DNA of 64,000 bases, taken from the human T2T-CHM13v2.0 reference genome, Homo sapiens. Below the pieces are notes generated by a model. It was given only the letters and a program-made list of their open reading frames with translations, was not told the DNA's origin and ran no database searches. Each line of letters opens with the position of its first letter. The first letter of the stretch is position 1. This document shows, in pieces, positions 12,901 through 27,000 of this stretch. The stretch lies in NCBI RefSeq assembly GCF_009914755.1, contig NC_060933.1; one strand, given 5' to 3'. The position numbers and the translations under genes are program-made.

Positions 12901-14280
12901 GAATGGAATGGAATGGAATGGAATGGAATGGAATGGAATGGAATGGAATGGAATGGAATGCAATGGATTCAACTCGATTGCAATGGAATGGAATAGAATG
13001 GAATGGAAAGGAATGGAATGGAATTAAACCGAATAGAATGGAATGGAATGGAATGGAATGGAACGGAACGGAACGGAACGGAACGGAAGGGAGTGGAATG
13101 GAAAGGAATGGAATTGTATGGAATGGAATGGCATGGTACGGAATAGAATGGAATGGAAAGATTTGGAATGTAATGGAATCGAATGGAATGGAATGGAATG
13201 GAATGGAATCAACCCGAATGCAGGGGAATGTAATGGAACGGAATGCAATGGAATGGAATCATCCGGAATGGAATGGAATGGAATGGAATGGATTGGAATC
13301 AACCCGAGTGCAATGGAATGGAGTTGAATGGAATGGAATGGAATGGAACAACCAGAATGGAATGGAAAGGAATGGAGAGTAAGGGAGTTCAATAGAATCA
13401 ATCCGAATGTAATGGAATGGAACGGAATGGAACGGAATGGAATGGAATGGAATGGAATGGAATGGAATGCAATGGAATGGAATCAACCCTAGTACAATGG
13501 AACGGAATGGAATGGAAGGTAATGGAATGGAATGGAATGGAATGGAATGGAATGGAATCAACCCGAGTGCAATGGAATGGAGAGGAATGGAATGGAATGG
13601 AATGGAAACTACCCGAATGGAATGGAATGTAATGGAGTGTAAGGGAATTGAATAGAATCAATCCGAAAGGAATGGAATGGAATGGAACAGAATGTAATGG
13701 AATGGAATGGAATGGAATCAACCCGAGTGCAGGGGAATGGAATGGAATGGAATGCAATGGAATGGAATCATCCGGAATGGAATGGAATGGAATGCAATGG
13801 AATGGAATGGAATGGAATCAACCCGAGTGCAATGGAATGGAGTGAAATGGAATGGAATGGAATGGAATGGAAACAACCAGAATGGATTGGAATATAATGG
13901 AGTGTAAGGGAATTGAATACAATAAATCTGAATGTAATGAAATGGAATGGAACGGAATGGAATGGAATGGAATGGAATGGAATGGAATGCAATGGAATGA
14001 AATCAACCCGAGTGCAATCGAATGGAATCGAATGGAATGGAATGCAATGGAATGGATTCAACTTGAATGGAATAGAAAGAATGGAAACAACACGAGTGGA
14101 ATGGCATGGATTGGAATGGAATGGAATGGAATCAACCCGAGTACAGGGGAAAGGAATGGAATGGAATGCGATGGAATGGAATCATCCGTAATGGAATGGA
14201 AAGGAATGGAATGGAATGGAATGGAATGGAATTGAATGGAATGGAATCAACTCGATTGCAATCGAATGGAATGGAATGGA
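9990..14280 (+). repeat. About 2.12-2.14 kb tandem duplication (copy 1 about 9990-12110, copy 2 about 12110-14280)
   Basis: ORF pairs are offset by 2117 (10023/12140, 10247/12364) and then 2137 (11261/13398, 11715/13852). Shared rare variants include GAGTTGCATAG, CCCGAATGCAGGGG, GAACAGAATGT, GGAAACAACACG and TGCGATGG. Confidence 0.88.
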
Positions 14281-17200
14281 ATTAACCGAATAGAATGGAA
14301 TGGAATGGAATGGAACGGAACGGAACGGAATCGAATGGAATGAAATGGAATGGAACGGAAAGGAAGGGAATAGAATGGAATAGAATGGAATGGAATGGAA
14401 TAAACGCGAGTGCAGGGGAATGGAATGGAATGGAATGCAATGGAATGGAATCTTCCGCAATGGAATGGAATGGAATGGAATGGAATGGAATGGAATCAAC
14501 CCGAGTGCAATGGAATGGAGTGGAATGGAATGGAATGGAATGGATCAACCCGAATGGAATGGAATGGAATGGAGAGTAAGGGAGTTGAATAGAATCAATC
14601 CGAATGTAATGGAATGGAATAGAACGGAATGGAATGGAATGGAATGGAATGGAACGGAATTGAATGGAATGGAATGGAATGCAATGGAATGGAATCAACC
14701 CGAGTGCAATGGAAAGGAGAGGAATGGAATGGAATGGAATGGAAACTACCCGAATGGAATGGAATGTAATGGAGTGTAAGGGAATTGAATAGAATCAATC
14801 CGAATGTAATGGAATGGAATGGAACGGAATGGAATTGAATGGAATGCAATGGAATCAACCCGAGTGCAATCGAATGGAATCGAATGGAATGGAATACAAT
14901 GGAATGGATTCAACTTGAATGGAATGGAAAGAATGGAATCAACACGAGTGGAATGGCATGGATTGGAATGGAATGGAATGGAATCAACCCGAGTACAGGG
15001 GAATGGAATGGAATGGAATGCAATGGAATGGAATCATCCGTAATGGAATGGAAAGGAATGGAATGGAATGGAATGGAGTGGAATGGAATGGAATGGAATG
15101 GAATGGAATGGAATCAACTCGATTGCAATAATGGAATGGAATGGAATTAACCCGAAAAGAATGGAATGGAATGGAATGGAACGGAACGGAATGGAACGGA
15201 ATGGAATGGAATGGAATGGAAAGGAATGGAACGGAACGGAATGGCATGGATTGGAGTGGAATGGAATGGAATCAACCCGAGTACAGGGGAATGGAATGGA
15301 ATGGAATGCAATGGAATGGAATCATCCGTAATGGAAAGGAAAGGAATGGAATGGAATGGAATGGAATGGAATCAACTCGATTGCAATCGAGTGGAATGGA
15401 ATGGAATTAACCGAATAGAATGCAATGGAATGGAATGGAATGGAATGCCATGGAATGGAATCAACCCGAGTACAATGGAATGGAATGGAATGGAATGGAA
15501 TGGAATGGAATGGAATGCAATGGAATGGAATCTTCCGGGATGGAATTTAATGGAATGGAATGGAATGCAATGGATTCAACTCGATTGCAATGGAATGGAA
15601 TAGAATGGAATGGAATGGAATGGAATGGAATTAAACCGAATAGAATGGAATGGAATGGAATGGAACGGAACGGAACGGAACGGAACGGAGTGGAAAGGAA
15701 AGGAATGGAATTGTATGGAATGGAATGGCATGGTACGGAATAGAATGGAATGGAAAGATTTGGAATGGAATGGAATCGAGTGGAATGGAATGGAATGGAA
15801 TGGAATCAACCCGAGTGCAGGGGAATGTAATGGAACGGAATGCAATGGAATGGAATCATCCGGAATGGAATGGAATGGAATGGAATGGAATGGAATGGAA
15901 TCAACCCGAGTGCAATGGAATGGAGTGGAATGGAATGGAATGGAATGGAACAACCAGAATGGAATGGAAAGGAATGGAGAGTAAGGGAGTTGAATAGAAA
16001 CAATCCGAATGTAATGGAATGGAACGGAATGGAATGGAATGGAATGGAATGGAATGGAATTGAATGGAACGCAATGGAATGGAATCAACCCTAGTACAAT
16101 GGAACGGAATGGAATGGAAGGTAATGTAATGGAATGGAATGGAATGGAATGGAATGGAATGGAATGGAATCAACCCGAGTGCAATGGAATGGAGAGGAAT
16201 GGAATGGAATGGAATGGAAACTACCCGAATGGAATGGAATGGAATGGAGTGTAAGGGAATTGAATAGAATCAATCCGAATGGAATGGAATGGAATGGAAC
16301 GGAATGTAATGGAATGGAATGGAATGGAATCAACCCGAGTGCAGGGGAATGGAATGGAATGGAATGCAATGGAATGGAATCATCCGGAATGGAATGGAAT
16401 GGAATGCAATGGAATGGAATGGAATGGAATCAACCCGAGTGCAATGGAATGGAGTGAAATGGAATGGAATGGAATGGAAACAACCAGAATGGATTGGAAT
16501 ATAATGGAGTGTAAGGGAATTGAATACAATAAATCTGAATGTAATGAAATGGAATGGAACGGAATGGAATGGAATGGAATGGAATGGAATGCAATGGAAT
16601 GGAATCAACCCGAGTGCAATCGAATGGAATCGAATGGAAGGGAATACAATGGAATGGATTCAACTTGAATGGAATGGAAAGAATGGAATCAACACGAGTG
16701 GAATGGCATGGATTGGAATGGAATGGAATGGAATCAACCCGAGTATAGGGGAAAGGAATGGAATGGAATGCAATGGAATGGAATCATCCGTAATGGAATG
16801 AAAAGGAATGGAATGGAATGGAATGGAATGGAATGGAATGGAATGGAATGGAATCAACTCGATTGCAATCGAATGGAATGGAATGGAATTAACCGAATAG
16901 AAGGGAATGGAATGGAATGGAAAGGAACGGAATGGAATGGAATGGAATGGAATGGAACGGAAAGGAAGGGAATGGAATGGAATAGAATGGAATGGAATGG
17001 AATAAACGCGAGTGCAGGGGAATGGAATGGAATGGAATGCAATGGAATGGAATCTTCCGGAATGGAATGGAATGGAATGGAATGGAATGGAATGGAATGG
17101 AATCAACCCGAGTGCATTGGAAAGGAGAGGAATGGAATGGAATGGAATGGAACCTACCCGAATGGAATGGAATGTAATGGAGTGTAAGGGAATTGAATAG

Positions 17201-20200
17201 AATCAATCCGAATGTAATGGAATGGAATGGAACGGAATGGAATGGAATGGAATGGAATGGAATCAACCCGAGTGCAATCGAATGGAATCGAATGGAATGG
17301 AATGCAATGGAATGGATTCAACTTGAATGGAATGGAAAGAATGGAATCAACACAAGTGGAATGGCATGGATTGGAATGGAATGGAATGGAATCAACCCGA
17401 GTACAGGGGAATGGAATGGAATGGAATGCAATGGAATGGAATCATCCGTAATGGAATGGAAAGGAATGGAATGGAATGGAATGGAATGGAATGGAATCAA
17501 CTCGATTGCAATCGAATGGAATGGAATGGAATTAACCCGAATAGAATGGAATGGAATGGAATGGAACGGAACGGAATGAAATGGAATGGAATGGAATGGA
17601 ATGGAACGGAACGGAATGGCATGGATTGCAATGGAATGGAATGGAATCAACCCGAGTACAGGGGAATGGATTGGAATGGAATGCAATGGAATGGAATCAT
17701 CCGTAATGGAATGGAAAGGAATGGAATGGAATGGAATGGAATGGATGCAACTCGATTGCAATGGAATAGATTGGAATGGAATGCAATGGAATGGAATCAT
17801 CCGTAACGGAATGGAAAGGAATGGAATGGAACGGAATGGAACGGAATGGAATGGAATGGAATGGAATGGAATGGTATGGAATGGAATGGAATGGTACGGA
17901 ATAGAATGGAGTGGAACGAATTGTAATGGAATGGAATTGAATGGAATGGAATGGAATGGAATGGAATCAACGCGAGTGCAGGGGAATGTAATGGAACGGA
18001 ATGCAATGGAATGGAATCATCCGGAATGGAATGGAATGGAATGGAATGGAATGGAATCAACCCGAGTGCAGTGGAATGGAGTGGAATGGAATGGAATGGA
18101 ATGGAACAACCCGAATGGAATGGAATGGAATGGAGAGTAAGGGAGTTGAATAGAATCAATCCGAAAGTAATGGAATGGAATGCAACGGAATGGAATGGAA
18201 TGGAATGGAATGGAATGCAATGGAATTGAATCAACCCGAGTACAATGGAATGGAATGGAATGGAATGGAATGAAATGGAATGGAATGGAATGGAATGATA
18301 AGGAATAGAATGGAATGGAACGAAATGGAATGGAATGGAATGGAATGGAATGGAATGGAATGGAATGGAATGGAATGGAATGGAATCGTTCCGAGTGGAA
18401 TAGGAGGGAATGTTTTCGAGTGGAATGGAAAGGAATGGAATCAACCAGAGTGGAATGGAAGGGAATGGAGTGGAATGGAAACTAATAGAATGGAATCAAC
18501 CCGAGTGCAATGGAATGGAAAGGACAGGAATGGAATGGAATGGAATGGGATCAACTCGATTGTAATGGAATGGAATGGAATGGAATGGAATTAACCCGAA
18601 TAGAATGGAATGGAATGGAATGAAAGGAAAGGAATGGAATGGAATGGAATGGAATGGAATGGAATGGAATGGAATGGAAACAACCCTACTGCAAGGGAAT
18701 GGAATGGAATGGAATGCAATGGAATGGATTCAACTTGAATGGAATGGAAAGAATGGAATCAACACGAGTGGAATGGCATGGATTGGAATGGAATGGAATG
18801 GAATCAACCCGAGTACAGGGGAATGGAATGGAATGGAATGCAATGGAATGGAATCATCCGTAATGGAATGGAAAGGAATGGAATGGAATGGAATGGAATG
18901 GAATGGAATGGAATGGAATGGAATGGAATCAACTCGATTGCAATCGAATGGAATGGGATGGAATTAACCCGAATAGAATGGAATGGAATGGAATGGAACG
19001 GAACGGAATGGAATGGAATGGAATGGAATGGAATGGAATGGAACGGAAAGGAAGGGAATGGAATGGAATAGAATGGAATGGAATGGAATCAACGCGAGTG
19101 CAGGGGAATGGAATGGAATGGAATGCAATGGAATGGAATCTTCCGGAATGGAATGGAATGGAATGGAATGGAATGGAATCAACCCGAGTGCAATGGAATG
19201 GAGTGCAATGGAATGGAATGGAATGGAATGGAATGGAACAACCCGAATGGAATGGAATGTAATGGAGAGTAAGGGAGTTGAATAGAATCAATCCGAATGT
19301 AATGGAATGGAATGGAACGATATGGAATTGAATGGAATGGAATGGAATGCAATGGAATGGAATCAACCCGAGTGCAATGGAATGGAGAGGAATGGAATGG
19401 AATGGAATGGAAACTACCCGAATGGAATGTAATGGAGTGTCAGGGAATTGAATAGAATCAATCCGAATGTAATGGAATGAAATGGAACGGAATGGAATGG
19501 AATGGAATGGAATGGAATTGAATGGAATGCAATGGAATGGAATCAACCCGAGTGCAATGAAATGGAATCGAATGGAATGGAATGCAATGGAATGGATTCA
19601 ACTTGAATGGAATGGAAAGAATGGAATCAACACGAGTGGAATGGCACTGATTGGAAGGGAATGGATTGGAATCAACCCGAGTACAGGGGAATGGAATGGA
19701 ATGGAATGCAATGGAATGGAATCATCCGTAATGGAATGGAAAGGAATGGAATGGAATGGAATGGAATGGAATGGAATGGAATCAACTCGATTGCAATCGA
19801 ATGGAATGGAATGGAATTAACCCGAATAGAATGGAATGCAATGGAATGGAACGGAACGGAATGGAATGGAATGGAATGGAATGGAACGGAACGGAATGGA
19901 ATGGAATGGAATGGAATGGAATCAACGCGAGTGCAGGGGAATGGAATGGAATGGAATGGAATGCAATGGAATGGAATCTTCCGGAATGGAATGGAATGGA
20001 ATGGAATGGAATGAAATGCAATGGATTCAACCCGATTGCAATGGAATGGAATAGAATGGAATGGAATGGAATGGAATGGAATGGAATTAATCCGAATAGA
20101 ATGGAATGGAATGCAATGGAACGGAATGGAACGGAATGGAATGGAATGGAATGGAATGGAATGGAATGGATTGGAATGGAATGGAATGGTACGGAATAGA

Positions 20201-21090
20201 ATGGAATGGAACGAATTGTAATGGAATGGAATTGAATGGAATATAATGGAATGGAATAGAATCAACGCGAGTGCAGGGGAATGTAATGGAAAGGAATGCA
20301 ATGGAATGGAATCATCCGGAATGGAATGGAATGGAATGGAATGGAATGGAATGGAATGGAATCAACCCGAGTGCAGTGGAATGGAGTGGAATGGAATGGA
20401 ATGGAATGGAACAAGCAGAATGGAATGGAATGTAATGGAGAGTAAGGGAGTTGAATAGAATGAATCCGAATGTAATGGAATGGAATGCAACGGAATGGAA
20501 TGGAATGGAATGGAATGGAATGGAATGCAATGGAATTGAATCAACCCGAGTACAATGGAATGGAATGGAATGGAATGGAATGGAATGGAATGGAATGGAA
20601 TGATACGGAATAGAATGGAATGGAACGAAATGGAATGGAATGGAATGGAATGGAATGGAATGGAATGGAATGGAATGGAATCAACCCGATTGCAGGGGAA
20701 TGGAATGGAATGGAATTCAATGGAATGGAATCATCCGGAATGGAATGGAATGGAATGGAATGCAAAGCAATGGAATCAACTCGATTGCAATGGAATGGAA
20801 TGGAATGGAAAGGAATACATTGGAAACAACCCAAGTGGAATGGAATGGAAAGGACTGGAATGGAGTGGAATGGAATGGAATGGAATGGAATGGAATCAAC
20901 TCGATTGGAATGGAATGGAATGGAATGGAATGGAATTAACCCGAATAGAATGGAATGGAATGGAATGGAACGGAACGGAATGGAATGGAATGGAATGGAA
21001 TCAACCCGACTGCAGGGGAATGGAATGGAATGGAAGGCAATGGAATGGATTCAACTTGAATGGAATGGAAAGAATGGAATCAACACGAGT

Positions 21091-24045
21091 GGAATGGCAT
21101 GGATTGGAATGGAATGGAATGGAATCAACCCGAGTACAGGGGAATGGAATGGAATGGAATGGAATGGAATGGAATCATCCATAATGGAATGGAAAGGAAT
21201 GGAATGGAATGGAATGGAATGGAATGGAATGGAATGGAATGGAATCAACTCGATTGCAATCGAATGGAATGGAATGGAATTAACCCGAATAGAATGGAAT
21301 GGAATGGAATGGAACGGAACGGAACGGAACGGAACGGAGTGGAATGGAATGGAATGGAATTGTATGGAATGGAATGGCATGGTACGGAATAGAATGGAAT
21401 GGAAAGAATTGGATTGGAATGGAATCGAATGGAATGGAATGGAATGGAATGGAATCAACCCGAGTGCAGGGGAATGTAATGGAACGGAATGCAATGGAAT
21501 GGAATCATCCGGAATGGAATGGAATGGAATGGAATGAAATGGAATGGAATCAACCCGAGTGCAATGGAATGGAGTGGAATGGAATTGAATGTAATGGAAC
21601 AACCCGAATGGAATGGAATATAATGGAGAGTAAGGGAGTTGAATAGAATCAATCCTAATGTAATGGAATGGAACGGAATGGAATGGAATGCAATGGAATG
21701 GAATCAACCCGAGTACAATGGAAAGGAATGGAATGGAATGTAATGTAATGGAATGTAATGTAATGTAATGGAATGGAATGGAATGGAATGGAATGGAATG
21801 GAATCAACCCGAGTGCAATAGAATGGAGAGGAATGGAATGGAATGGAATGGAAACTACCCGAATGGAATGGAATGTAATGGAGTGTAAGGGAATTGAATA
21901 GAATCAATCCGAATGGAATGGAATGGAATGGAACGGAAAGTAATGGAATGGAATGGAATGGAATCAACCCGAGTGCAGGGGAATGGAATGGAATGGAATG
22001 CAATGGAATGGAATCATCCGGAATGCAATGGAATGGAATGCAATGGAATGGAATGGAATGGAATCAACCCGAGTGCAATGGAATGGAGTGAAATGGAATG
22101 GAATGGAATGGAAACAACCAGAATGGATTGGAATATAATGGAGTGTAAGGGAATTGAAAAGAATCAATCTGAATGTAATGAAATGGAATGGAATGGAATG
22201 GAATGGAATGGAATGAAATGGAATGCAATGGAATGGAATCAACCCCAGTGCAATCGAATGGAATCGAATGCAATGGAATGCAATGGAATGGATTCAACTT
22301 GAATGGAAAGGAAAGAATGGAATCAACACGAGTGGAATGGCATGGATTGGAATGGAATGGAATGGAATCAACCCGAGTACAGGGGAATGGAATGGAATGG
22401 AATGCAATGGAATGGAATCATCAGTAATGGAATGGAAAGGAATGGAAAGGACTGGAATGGAATGGAATGGAATGGAATGGAATGGAATGGAATCAACTCG
22501 ATTGCAATCGAATGGAATGGAATGGAATTAACCCGAATAGAATGGAATGGAATGGAATGGAACGGAACGGAATGGCATGGATTGCAATGGAATGGAATGG
22601 AATCAACCCGAGTACAGGGGAATGGAATGGAATGGAATGGAATGGAATGGAATCATCCATAATGGAATGGAAAGGAATGGAATGGAATGGAATGGAATGG
22701 AATGGAATGGAATGGAATGGAATCAACTCGATTGCAATCGAATGGAATGGAATGGAATTAACCCGAATAGAATGGAATGGAATGGAATGGAACGGAACGG
22801 AACGGAACGGAACGGAGTGGAATGGAATGGAATGGAATTGTATGGAATGGAATGGCATGGTACGGAATAGAATGGAATGGAAAGAATTGGATTGGAATGG
22901 AATCGAATGGAATGGAATGGAATGGAATGGAATCAACCCGAGTGCAGGGGAATGTAATGGAACGGAATGCAATGGAATGGAATCATCCGGAATGGAATGG
23001 AATGGAATGGAATGAAATGGAATGGAATCAACCCGAGTGCAATGGAATGGAGTGGAATGGAATTGAATGTAATGGAACAACCCGAATGGAATGGAATATA
23101 ATGGAGAGTAAGGGAGTTGAATAGAATCAATCCTAATGTAATGGAATGGAACGGAATGGAATGGAATGCAATGGAATGGAATCAACCCGAGTACAATGGA
23201 AAGGAATGGAATGGAATGTAATGTAATGGAATGTAATGTAATGGAATGGAATGGAATGGAATGGAATGGAATGGAATGGAATCAACCCGAGTGCAATGGA
23301 ATGGAGAGGAATGGAATGGAATGGAATGGAAACTACCCGAATGGAATGGAATGTAATGGAGTGTAAGGGAATTGAATAGAATCAATCCGAATGGAATGGA
23401 ATGGAATGGAACGGAAAGTAATGGAATGGAATGGAATGGAATCAACCCGAGTGCAGGGGAATGGAATGGAATGGAATGCAATGGAATGGAATCATCCGGA
23501 ATGCAATGGAATGGAATGCAATGGAATGGAATGGAATGGAATCAACCCGAGTGCAATGGAATGGAGTGAAATGGAATGGAATGGAATGGAAACAACCAGA
23601 ATGGATTGGAATATAATGGAGTGTAAGGGAATTGAAAAGAATCAATCTGAATGTAATGAAATGGAATGGAATGGAATGGAATGGAATGGAATGAAATGGA
23701 ATGCAATGGAATGGAATCAACCCCAGTGCAATCGAATGGAATCGAATGCAATGGAATGCAATGGAATGGATTCAACTTGAATGGAAAGGAAAGAATGGAA
23801 TCAACACGAGTGGAATGGCATGGATTGGAATGGAATGGAATGGAATCAACCCGAGTACAGGGGAATGGAATGGAATGGAATGCAATGGAATGGAATCATC
23901 AGTAATGGAATGGAAAGGAATGGAAAGGACTGGAATGGAATGGAATGGAATGGAATGGAATGGAATCAACTCGATTGCAATCGAATGGAATGGAATGGAA
24001 TTAACCCGAATAGAATGGAATGGAATGGAATGGAACGGAACGGAA
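21091..24045 (+). repeat. 1478-bp near-identical tandem duplication (copy 1 about 21091-22568, copy 2 about 22569-24045)
   Basis: The offset is a constant 1478 across ORF pairs (21299/22777, 21704/23182, 22303/23781). Private variants CATCCATAAT, CAATCCTAATG, CAACCCCAGTG and AAGAATTGGATTGG occur in both copies. Confidence 0.92.
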
Positions 24046-27000
24046 TGGAATGGAATGGAATGGAATGGAACGGAAAGGAATGGAATGGAATGGAATGGAA
24101 TGGAATGGAATGGAATGGAATCAACGCGAGTGCAGGGGAATGGAATGGAATCGAATGGAATGGAAAGGAATGGAATGGAATCAACCCGAGTGCAAGGGAA
24201 TGTAATGGAACGGAATGCAATGGAATGGAATCATCCGGAATGGAATGGAATGGAATGGAATGGAATCAACCCGAGTGCAATGGAATGGAGTGGAATGGAA
24301 TGGAATGGAATGGAACAACCCGAATGGAATGGAATGTAATGGAGAGTAAGGGAGTTGAAAAGAATCAATCCGAATGTAATGGAATGGAATGGAACGGAAT
24401 GGAATGGAATGGAATGGAATGGAATGGAATGCAATGGAATGGAATCAACCCGAGTACAATGGAATGGAATGGAATGGAATGGAATGGAATGGAATGCAAT
24501 GGAATGGAATCTTCCGGAATGGAATGGAATGGAATGGAATGGAATGGAATGGAATGCAATGGATTCAACTCGACTGCAATGGAATGGAATAGAATGGAAT
24601 GGAATGGAATGGAATGGAATGGAATTAAACCGAATAGAATGGAATGGAATGGAATGGAACGGAACAGAACGGAACGGAACGGAACGGAGTGGAATGGAAT
24701 GGATTGGAATTGTATGGAATGCAATGGAATGGTACGGAATAGAATGGAATGGAATCATCCGGAATGGAATGGAATGGAATGGAATGGAATGGAATGGAAT
24801 GGAATGGAATCAACCCGAGTGCAATGGAATGGAGTGGAATGGAATGGAATGGAATGGAACAACCCGAATGGAATGGAATGTAATGGAGAGTAAGGGAGTT
24901 GAATAGAATCAATCCGAATGTAATGGAATAGAACGGAATGGAATGGAAAGGAATGGAATGGAATCAACCCGAGTACAAAAGAACGGAATGTAATGTAATG
25001 TAATGTAATGTAATGTAATGGAATGGAATGGAATGGAATCAACCCAAGTGCAATGGAATGGAGAGGAATGGAATAGAATGGAATGGAAACTACCCGAATG
25101 GTTTGGAATATAATGGAGTGTAAGGGAATTGAATAGAATCAATCTGAATGTAATGAAATGGAATGGAACGGAATGGAATGGAATGGAATGGAATGGAATG
25201 GAATGCAATGGAATGGAATCAACCCGAGTGCAATCGAATGGAATCGAATGGAATGGAATGCAATGGAATGGATTCAACTTGAATGGAAAGGAAAGAATGG
25301 AATCAACACGAGTGGAATGGCATGGATTGGAATGGAATGGAATGGAATCAACCCGAGTACAGGGGAATGGAATGGAATGGAATGCAATGGAATGGAATCA
25401 TCAGTAATGGAATGGAAAGGAATGGAAAGGACTGGAATGGAATGGAATGGAATGGAATGGAATGGAATGGAAGGGAATCAACTCGATTGCAATCGAATGG
25501 AATGGAATGGAATTAACCCGAATAGAATGGAATGCAATGGAATGGAACGGAACGGAATGGAATGGAATGGAATGGAATGGAACGGAAAGGAATGGAATGG
25601 AATGGAATGCAATGGAATAGAATGGAATGGAATGGAGTCAACGCGAGTGCAGGGGAAGGGAATGGAATCGAATGGAATGGAAATGAATGGAATTGAATCA
25701 ACCCGAGTGCAGGGGAATGTAATGGAACGGAATGCAATGGAATGGAATCATCCGGAATGGAATGGAATGGAATGGAATGGAATCAACCCGAGTGCAATGG
25801 AATGGAGTGGAATGGAATCGAATGGAATGGAACAACCCGAATGGAATGGAATGTAATGGAGAGTAAGGGAGTTGAAAAGAATCAATCCGAATGTAATGGA
25901 ATGGAATGGAACGGAATGGAATGCAATGGAATAGAATGGAATGGAATGCAATGCAATGGAATGGAATCAACCCGAGTACAATGGAATGGAATGGAATGGA
26001 ATGGAATGGAATGGAATGGAATGGAATGGCATGGAATGCAAAGGAATGGAATCTTCAGGAATGGAATGGAATGGAATGGAATGGAATGGAATGCAATGGA
26101 TTCAACTCGATTGCAATGGAATGGAATAGAATGGAATGGAATGGAATGGAAAGGAATGGAATGGAATTAAACCGAATAGAATGGAATGGAATGGAATGGA
26201 ACGGAACAGAACGGAACGGAACGGAACGGAGTGGAATGGAATGGAATGGAATTGTATGGAATGGAATGGAATGGTACGGAATAGAATGGAATGGAAAGAA
26301 TTGGAATGGAATGGAATCGAATGGAATGGAATGGAATGGAATGGAATCAACCCGAGTGCAGGGGAATGTAATGGAACGGAATGAAATGGAATGGAATCAT
26401 ACGGAATGGAATGGAATGGAATGGAATGGAATGGAATCAACCCGAGCGCAATGGAATGGAGTGGAATGGAATGAAAAGGAATGGAACAACCCGAATGGAA
26501 TTAAATGTAATGGAGAGTAAGGGAGTTGAATAGAATCAATCCGAATGTAATGGAATGGAACGGAATGGAATGGAATGGAATGGAGTGGAATGCAATGGAA
26601 TGGAATCAACCTGAGTACAATGGAACGGAATGGAATGGAATGTAATGAAATAGAATGGAATGTAATGGAATGGAATGGAATCAACCCGAGTGCAATGGAA
26701 TGGAGAGGAATGGAATGGAATGGAATGGAAACTACCCGAATGGAAAGGAATGTAATGGAGTGTAAGGGAATTGAATAGAATCAATCCGAATGGAATGGAA
26801 TGGAATGGAACGGAATGTAATGTAATGGAATGGAATGGAGTCAACCCGAGTGCAGGGGAATGGAATGGAATGGAATGCAATGGACTGGAATCATCCTGAA
26901 TGGAATGGAATGGAATGCAATGGAATGGAATGGAATGGAATCAACCCGAGTGTAATGGAATGGAGTGCAATGGAATGGAATGGAATGGAGACAACCAGAA

